DNA of 64,000 nt from the human T2T-CHM13v2.0 reference genome, Homo sapiens: the NCBI RefSeq assembly GCF_009914755.1, contig NC_060928.1; one strand, given 5' to 3'. A program made the translations under genes and the position numbers. Numbering within the stretch: the stretch's first letter is position 1; every line of letters begins with the position of its first letter. Shown piece by piece: positions 55,591 to 64,000 of this stretch. The notes beneath the pieces were generated by a model that worked only from the letters and a program-made list of their open reading frames with translations, was not told the origin of the DNA and searched no databases.

Positions 55591-56644
55591 GTTTGTTTTT
55601 TCCAAGATGGTAGATTAGAGGCTTTTAGCACACCTAGGCTACTTGAAAACAGCAAGATAGTACATAAAGATCAACTTTGTGAGCTTTAATTCAAGAAGAA
55701 AAACAAGAATCCACCAGAATTATGAAGGACACCCCAGATCCCGGAGAGGAGAACACTGGCAAAGAGCCTCCATGACAGTATCAGGCTGATAAAAATGAGT
55801 GAATCCCCAGTATGTAAGAGAGGCAGAGAGCCTCCCTCCGTGACTCACCTTTCCACTGGGGATCTGAGCAACCCAGGCCAAGTGAGAACACTTTGTTTCC
55901 CCCAGGCCCTGGAGCTAACTTGGGGAGAGTCTAGGAGACACTGTAAGGGAAAGATACCAGGAAAAGCTGCAGACATTTTCCTAGACTCATAACTGAGAGC
56001 AGAATGCCATTTTTAATGGCATTGGTAGGAATGTAAATTAGTTCAGCCACTTTGGAAGGTAATCTGGAGATTTTTCAAAAAAATTTAAAACAGAACGACC
56101 ATTTGACACAGCAATTCCATTACTGGATATATACCCAAAAGAAAACAAATCTTTCTACCAAAAAGCACATACACTTGCATGTTCATCACAGCACTATTCA
56201 CAATAGCAAAGACATGGAATCAACCTAGGTGGCCATCAGCAGTGGATTGGATTTTTAAAATCTAGTGCGTATACACAATAGAATACTACACAGCCATAAC
56301 AAAGAAAAAAATCATGTCCTTTGTAGCAACGTGGATGCAGCTGGAGTCCATTATCCTAAGTGAATTAACACAGGAACAGAAAGTCACACACTGCATGTTC
56401 TCACTTACAAGTGGGAGCTAAACATTGGGTACTGATGGACATAAAGATGGCAACAATAAAAACTGGGGACTACTAGAATGGGGAGGGGGAAGGGGGAAAG
56501 AGTTGAAAGACTAAGTATTGGGTCCTATGCTCAGTACCTGCATGACAGGATCAATCGTACCCACACCTCAGCATCATGCAATATACTCAGGTAACAAACC
56601 TGCTCATGTACCCCCTGAATTTAAAATAAAAAATGGAAAAAAAA
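55591..56644 (+). mobile_element. L1PB4-like element reduced to a ~430-bp 5' end plus ~620-bp 3' end
   Basis: L1 5' start ttccaagatggtagattagaggc, junction at ~56015-56023 to the ORF2 terminus (ttggtaggaatgtaaattagttcagcc), L1PB4-type 3'UTR, A tail, and TSD aagagttgaca 55580-55590 / 56645-56655. Confidence 0.82.
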
Positions 56645-58925
56645 AAGAGTTGACAAGACTGAATTGTCAACTGCTTTGTGGCTTCTTTCCAAGCAGATGC
56701 CAATCAAAAGAAATAATACATGTTACAAATGTAAAAGCATCCAGAAAATCTAAGTATTTTCTTATAAGTGGTTTTGATTTTTTATATACTTTACATTCAA
56801 GTTACTGTCCATTCTATGAGAGAAGGAAGTATAGAGAGTAAATGATAAGCTCAAACTTATACAACTTTTTGTTTGGAGGCAGGAATAGAAGACAGGTCTC
56901 TAACTTTCAGAGCAGAGCACTAAGATGAAGTGAGTGTAAACTCATAACCAGCTGCTTGATCCCAGTAGAGCAGGAATAAAAGATACAATTGGGGCAGTAA
57001 AATTAAAGGGAATGTTTTTAAATCTTTTAGTTCCTTTTTTAAAGGTAGGCTTTGAAAAACTTCATTTTGTGAGGTGTTCAGTGGAGACCTGGAAAACTGC
57101 TCTTAGCATTTTAACATAAATTAAAAATCATTTAAGCAGACCTCTATTCAGCTCTTGCCAACTGCACATTTATTTTTCTGGTAAAGGAGGCTTTGCTATT
57201 GCAAATGAAGGTGAAATGAAGGCATTAGAGTTTGGGCATATCAGTGAAAAAAAAAAGAGTGAATGTGGATGTTGGATTAAGTTGCTCTCATGGCTGCAAT
57301 TCCATTTATCTGGGCAAGGAATTTGCCCCCCAACAAAGTACTCTTTAAAACATTCTCTGAAAACTTAAGTTGCTGTGTAGAATCTGGAGTTGCTGCAGGT
57401 GTTTCTTAAAAGCTCATTAGCCCTCCAGAGAACTATGAAAATAAAATCACTCCAGACCTAATGAGAGTCAGAGAGCAAGGTGGTCAGGGAAGAGCTAAGT
57501 TAGGAGGGAGCTGTTTCAATTGCACCTGTATTGAGAGGTGGGTGACCTTCAAGAAGCCTGTAAGCTTAGTTCCATTTTGGATAAGCAACTGAAAGAGTGG
57601 GGGATGGGAATGGGGAAATGAAGGATAAAACATTACTTGCTAATTCTAAACATATGTAGCCTGCACATTGGTGAGTTGAGGTTGGCAAAGGGTAAAACAA
57701 AATCTTGCTGCACTGCTTTCCTCAGTGACAGCTATATTTGTTGATTTTTCCATTGGCGCCGAGCATTTTGAGTCTCCATTTTCTTAATTCTGAAACAACA
57801 GAGGGCAGTCATCTCTCACAGCTGAATACAACACTTGACATCTATGTTTTCATATAGAGAAGATCATCCTCTGTGGGCCTGCAAAACATCAGTCTCACTC
57901 AGGCCTACAGAGTAGAGAAATTTATATATCCACAGTCTGGTGGGTTCAGAGACCACAGACTACACCTCTTCCTTTCCTTCTTGGCTTCTTCCATTTCCTA
58001 AAGCATAACCAGTATCTGAATAGAATATGGCACATAAGGTTCTTCTCCACCCATTTTCTCCTATTAATAGAACATGGCAAAGGAAAAAATCCCATGAATG
58101 TCAACAGCTAACTCAATTAAAGATAGCCCACCTGGAGTGAAAATTAATCAGTAGCCTCCTCTTTTAGAAGGTGAAAGAGAAGTCAGGAAGGGATGTCACA
58201 AGTTACCATATCATGGAATGTGAGAATAACATGAACCAGGAAGCTGCATGTTCTGCAGGAACTAAGAAGACAAGGTATATTCTATGATAAGTAATGTAGC
58301 CAAAAAGCTTCTTTTTCACTGTGCTTAAGCTAGGACTGGCTGGGAAATAAAGCAGCTTTGTGAATATTTTATTAGTTCTTTCTTATGGGTGAAGTACTTC
58401 TTGTAGCAAAACTTTTATTAATTAAAAATGAGCTTTAAAAGAATAAGTTTCCTTACTTCTCCCTACACTTCTGCCAAATCTTGTCCCAGTAGGTTGTGAG
58501 AGAACCCAACTCACTAACTGTGGTCCCATTTAAAGTGTTATAAATTTTGTCCTCTTTGAAGGTACAAAGCTGAAATATTGTACACTTTGAGCAGTCTGTA
58601 AGCTCCTTGAGAGTGAGTACCATCCATATTCATCTCAATATTTAGCACAACACCTACCATTGTCTGTGATTATATTTCAATTGGTATCAACTAATATTTA
58701 TAGAGAATACACATTGTGCAAAACATGTTGTTAGCATGACACGGGATATAAAGGTAATTAAGAAATTTATCCCTATTCCCAAGGTCTTTCTAAAATAGAA
58801 GAAGGTGATTAGAGATATACAAATATTACAGTAATGCCAGGTGAAATAAGAGAAGTATCTTGAAAGAAGTGCAAATCATGAAAGAATTTTAAAGGAGAGA
58901 AAAAGCCTCTCTTTCTGGAGGTATC

Positions 58926-59317
58926 TGATATGGTTTGGCTCTGTGTTCCCACCCAAATCTCATATTGAATTGTAATCCCCAGTGTTGGAGGATGGGCCTG
59001 GTGGGAGGTGATTGAATCATGGGAGTGGTTTCTAATGGTTTAGCACAATCCTCCTAGTGCTGTCTTGTGATAGAGTTCCCAGGAGATCTGATTGTTTGAA
59101 AGTGTATAGCACTTTCTGCTTTGTTCTCTCTCCTGCCAGCCATGTGAAGATGTACCTGCTTCCCCTTTGCCTTCTGCCGTAATTGTAAGCTCTGAGGCCT
59201 CCCTAGAAGCAGAAGCCTGCACACCCTGCAGAATCTTTAGCTGATTAAACATCTTCTCTTTACAAATTACCCAATCTCAAGTATGTCTTTATAGCACTGT
59301 GAGAACAGACTAATACA
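58926..59317 (+). mobile_element. MSTA/B MaLR solo LTR
   Basis: tgatatggtttggctctgtgttcccacccaaatctc…gagaacagactaataca; perfect 5-bp TSD gtatc 58921-58925 / 59318-59322. Confidence 0.93.
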
Positions 59318-59991
59318 GTATCCATGAAAGCTAACTAGAGCCAATAATTTTTTGAGATAACCCTGACAGATCAACAGGATTTAAACAGGCATAGCTGAAA
59401 AAAGAAAACTGCTTAGTGTGATATGCATACAGAGAAGAATGATTCTGTTTGGCCAAGGAAAAGGACACATAAAGAAAAGTGAATGTTAAGGCTGGAAAGG
59501 TGGATTCAGTCTAGCAGAGTTTTCTCAAGTTGCAAGTTATGAATGGATAAATATTGTCCATTCATATTTGGTATTTGGTATCTATTCATGGCCCTTTCTA
59601 TTCTATATTCTGGTCCCATATGTCGAGCTCTAGAAAGCTAAATATTACATGTGCAAGACTCTTTTGCAGCTTAGGTTTTATATATGATTTAGAATCTGAC
59701 AATGAGATGTATTCCTATAGAGTTTGGAAGGCAAAAAGGAGATGTGAGCCAGTGGTGTGCAGCAGTGTCAGCTAACAAGATTGAAAATTTGGAAGACATT
59801 TCAGAGAGCATTCCAGGAGTCCAGTTTTCTGAGATTATGCTGGGAAATCTCCAAAGTTAAAAGATAAGACACTGTGCCTTGAACACCCTACAACTATGAA
59901 AAAGGCAGTATTTGGTAGTCTCTTTCCATTCAGAAGGCAATGTGTATGAATATGGCATCTGAGTGTGCTCCTCTTATCCATCTACCAATTA

Positions 59992-60375
59992 TATCAGTTA
60001 TCTATCACCTTAATAATGCTATAAAACAAACCACTTCAAAATTTAGTGGCTTCAAATGAAAGTCATTTATTATTTTTATATCAGTCAACTGGGGACTTAC
60101 TATTTTGGGATAGTCTCAGCTGGGAAAACTCAGCTCTTTTACACATGGTGTCATATCTTCCAGCAACCTAATACTGCACAGGATTTGGAAAAAGAAACAA
60201 ACACCCAGCACCTTTTGCAGCTTCTCCTTCAGTCAAGTTATGTGTTATCCCATTGACCAATGCAAGTCTCATTGCTAAGCCCAACAACAGATAGAAAGGG
60301 ACTATAAAGTTACAAGTCAAAGTGTATAGATACATGGCAGCCATTAAGTGGGGCCATTAATGCAATCATCTACCA
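59992..60375 (-). mobile_element. Old MaLR LTR (MLT1-like)
   Basis: atcagttatctat…aacaaaccacttcaaaatttagtggcttc start and ggggccattaatgcaatcatctacca end. Confidence 0.65.
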
Positions 60376-60820
60376 AACTGAGTACATGTTAAAGCTGCCA
60401 GTTTTGAGTAGGGCCCAGAATAAGAGAAGGCTCTGCAGCCAGTCTAGGCTGCAGTTCAAGAAACTCTGGCTTTATGACCCAGTATATCTAATGATTTTAA
60501 AATTGTTACAGATGCAGATACTATACATGCACCCCAGCAAATGTTGATAGGAAAATCCCGAAATTATCAGAGCAAGCTATTTCCCTCTTAGGAAATACGT
60601 ATTTACCAAATACTCTTGTTACATTGCAACCTCTCCACAAACTAATACACATGGCCTTATGAGGAGTTCCCTATAACTAGTTAATTGAAGAAGAAGAAAA
60701 AAATGTCAGCCCGGTTTGTAGCTGGCACCAGCCAAAATTGAACTGCTGCATATTAAAGCCCCAATTGTAAGTAGCCCAATACAAGGACAATCAGAAAAAG
60801 TAATATGTTCAATGAGCAAA

Positions 60821-61389
60821 ACTTTATGCATTTTTTTCTTTTTTTTTCGTAAGAGCCAGTTTTAGTTGAAAGAACAAGCAGAGGAAGGATTAAAGGTCAC
60901 TCGAGCTGGTAGAAACAAATATAAACCTCAGGGAATATCCGCACGGAAGCCCACACCTTTGCTGCCACACAAACACAGAGAACCACGGTGCGTGAATAAC
61001 AGGAAATGTATGTTTAAGAAGTCACGTGGCATGCAAAGTGAAAACAAGGAAGCAGACTTGCCCTCAAGGTGGAAGGTCCAGCAGCGGCTTTCCAATAGGA
61101 AAGTATCCAAGTCATGGCACCAAATAAGTTAGTGGTGGAAGAGATCCGACTTACACCAAGTTACTAGTGGCCTATCTACCGGTCTGTAGCAATTTCAATT
61201 CTTGCCTCCTCAGAAGACAGAATTCGACTGAGTGGCATAAGGCAGAATTAGAGACTGAGGCAAGCTTCAAAGCAGGAGTGAACGTTTATTAAAAAGCTTT
61301 AGAAGAGTAAGGAAAGGAAGGGAAAGAGAGAGAAGGAAAGTACCGCTTGGAAGAGAGCCAAGCAGGCAACTTGAGAAACCAAGTGCACC
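60821..61389 (-). mobile_element. Retroposed copy of an ERV1 LTR-derived transcript (MER50-like LTR 3' part ~61128-61389, PBS, unassigned sequence, poly(A))
   Basis: Poly(T) 60831-60847; TSD core caatgagcaaa 60810-60820 / 61390-61400. LTR text gagactgaggcaagcttcaaagcaggagtgaacgtttattaaaaagctttaga is typical of MER4-group/MER50 LTRs. Confidence 0.72.
61105..61122 (-). promoter_or_regulatory. Retroviral primer-binding site complementary to tRNA-His
   Basis: Minus strand reads tggtgccatgacttggat, 16/18 to TGGTGCCGTGACTCGGAT. Both mismatches are CpG transitions, and it lies a few nt past the LTR end. Confidence 0.8.
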
Positions 61390-62172
61390 CAATGAGCAAA
61401 GTTAAATACTGCATCTGGCTCTACACTTTGCCTGAAAGGAGAGAAAGAAGGGTTTGAATCTACAGTCCATGGGAAAGAGCTAATGGTTTGGCCAGACAGT
61501 CTTGGATGGGAAAGAAAAAAGATTAGAGAATTAGTTATGAGAAAGTCTGGAGAAAAGGCCTATTGCTGGACTCCTCAGAATGGCAGAGTAGGAGAACATT
61601 TGTGTTCCACTGAATTCTCACCACAGGGCTGGCTTCTCCGTTGAGGAGAATCCTACCTAGTGAGAAGAAGAAAACCTGTTCTGTGGATTTCATTTAGCCT
61701 TTTTCACTGGCTACCCTAGGGCTTGGTCAATAAGCATAGAAACTTACTGGCATGATAGCCGAGATGGAAGTGATGCATGACTCAGCAATATGAACTTTCT
61801 CTCACCAAGGAAGATGCAGAAAATGATACTAATGAATATCTGCTACATCAAGGAAACAGCAGAAAACACATAAATGCACACAAACACACACAGAGAGAGG
61901 GAGAGAGATGTGAGAATATTGTATCCATAAAATAGAACAGTTATGGTATTGAAAAAGGTAAAATTATTTTAGAAATAATTAGAAGTTTAAAATATAACTC
62001 GATTTAAATAATTCAATATATAGATTAAATAGAACGGAAAAACATAAATATCAAATAACTTAGCTTGAAAATTGAGATAAAAAAATTATCCCAAAACACA
62101 GTAGTAACACAGTACAAAGATATGTGAGTAGAAAACTGGAGACATAAAATATGGATGTAAGAGTTCTAATAT

Positions 62173-63695
62173 TCAAAAAAGAGCCCAAATAGCCAAAGCA
62201 ATCCTAAACAAAAAGAACACAGCTGGAGACATCACACCACCTGACTTTAAACTGCACTACAAGGCTATAGTAGCTAAAACAGCATGGTACTTGTACAAAA
62301 ACAGACACATAGACAAATGGAACAAGTTAGAGAATCCAGAAATAATGGGGGTACACTTACAACTATCTGATCTTTGACAAACCTGACAAAAACAAGCAAT
62401 GGGGAAAGGACACCCTATTCAGTAAATGCTACTGGGATAACTGGCTAGCCATATGCAGAAGATTGAAACTGGACCTATTCCTTACACCATATATAAAAAT
62501 CAACTCAAGATGGATTAAAGATTTGAATGTAAAACCCAAAACTATAAAAATCCTAGAAGATAACCTAGGAAATACCATTTTGGACATAGGACATGTCAGA
62601 GATTTCATGACAGAAATGCCAAAAGCAATTGCAACAAAAACAAAAATTGACAAATGGTATCTAATTAAACTAAAGAACTGTTGCACAGCAAAAGAAACTA
62701 TCAACAGTATAAACAGACAACCTATAGAATTGAAGAAAATATTTGCAAACTATGCATCTGACAAAGGTCTAATATCCAGAATCTATAAGGAACTTAAATA
62801 AATTAACAAGCAAAAAAACACCACCATTAAAAATTGAGCAAAGGACATAAACAGATGCTTTTCAAAAGAAGACACACATGGAGCCAACAAGCATGTGAAA
62901 AAATGCTCAACATTGCTAATTATTACAGAAATGCAAATCAAAACCACGATGAGATACCATCTCCCACCAGTCAGAATGGCTATCACTGAAAAGTCAAAAA
63001 CAACAGATGTTGGTAAGGTTATGGAGAAAATGGAACCCTTAAACACTGCTGATGGGAATGTGAATTAGTTCAGCCACTGTGGAAAGCAGTTTGGCAATTT
63101 CTCAAAGAACTTAAAACAGAGTTACCATTCTGCCAAGCAATCCCATTATTTTGTATATACCAAATGAAATATAAATTATTCTACCTTAAAGATACATGCA
63201 CATGTATGTTCATCATAGCATTATTCACAATAACAAAGACATTGGATCAACCTAAATGCCCATCAGCGATAAATCGGATAAAGAAAATGTAGCACATACA
63301 CACCGTGGAATATATGCAGCCGTAAAAAAGAATGAAATCATCTCGTATGCAGCAACATGGATGAAACTGGAGGGTATTATCCTAAGCAAACTAATGTATG
63401 AACAGAAAAGCAAATACCACATGTTCTCATTTATAAGTGGGAGCTAAACATTGAGTACACATGGACACAAAGAAGGGAATAACAGACACTGGGGCCTTCT
63501 TTAGGGTGGAGGGAGGGAGGAAGGTGAGGATCCAAAAACTACCTATTGGTACTATGCTTTTTACCTAGGTGACAAAATAATCCGTATGCCAAACCCCTAT
63601 GACACCCAATTTACCAACATAACAAACCTGCACATATACCCCTGAACCTAAAATAAAAGATAAAAATAAATAAATAAATACATAAATAAATAAAA
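62173..63695 (+). mobile_element. 5'-truncated L1PA15/16 with (TAAA)n tail
   Basis: Late ORF2 peptide 62463-62801, 3'UTR gagctaaacattgagtacacatggacacaaagaaggg…cccctgaacctaaaataaaag, and a taaa-repeat tail. Confidence 0.88.
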
Positions 63696-63699
63696 TGGA

Positions 63700-64000
63700 A
63701 AAGTGATGTGGGAAAAATGTTTAATCATAAGAACTCAAATACAAGTTTACACCAAACAAATCTGAAAATTAGTTGAAATAGATAATGTAGTAGAAAAAAC
63801 TGAGTAAGCAAACTTGACTCAAAAAGGACCTGACACTCTGAAAAACCCAATAACTAGAAAAGAAATTTAGAAGAAATCAAAACTCTAGAAAGGGCACAAT
63901 GCCCAGACAATCTTATGGGCACATTGTATTAAACCTACAAAGAACAGATAATTCCTGTATTATTTACACTGTTACAGAACATAGAAAAAAATGGAATGTT
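63700..64000 (+). mobile_element. Ancient L1M ORF2 fragment
   Basis: aaatctgaaaatt…aaacttgactcaa…aaagaacagataattcctgtattattta decayed ORF2 text running to the window edge. Confidence 0.6.

Larger units (their letters stand above)
60380..61810 (+). mobile_element. ERVL/MaLR internal (pol/RNase H-like) relic, interrupted at 60821-61389
   Basis: tttgagtagggcccagaataagagaaggctctgcagccagtctaggctgcag resembles the ERVL 'WGPEQEKALQQVQAA' coding text; caatgagcaaa…tgcatctgg…cactttgcctgaaaggag resembles 'QWAELRAVHL…HFAWKE'. Confidence 0.6.

Overview
This window is primate (human-like) genomic DNA, not prokaryotic. It is AT-rich and dominated by retroelements: deeply nested L1s from L1ME/L1MA/L1PB through L1PA2, plus Alus, MaLR/ERVL LTRs, MIR/L2 relics and two hAT DNA-transposon relics. 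The only cellular-gene-derived sequence I recognise is a full-length, multiply disrupted processed pseudogene of HSPD1 (mitochondrial HSP60) at 44939-47194 with a perfect 15-bp TSD. I see no intact host exon, RNA gene or CRISPR array. The most notable structures are five. (1) A TSD-flanked, poly(A)-tailed retrocopy of what looks like an ERV1 LTR-initiated transcript (R-U5 + tRNA-His PBS + ~245 nt unassigned sequence) at 60821-61389. (2) Three separate TSD-bounded L1s of very different ages that keep both ends but lost multi-kb interiors. In one (L1PA2) ORF1 is fused in frame to the ORF2 Cys-rich C-terminus, and ORF0 is still intact. (3) A ~540-bp foreign fragment with MIR/L2-like relics captured inside a younger L1. 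(4) One clear and one probable twin-primed (5'-inverted) L1. (5) Several hairpin-templated repair scars. Repeat subfamily names come from recalled diagnostic motifs, not a database search, and the boundaries of old repeats are approximate.
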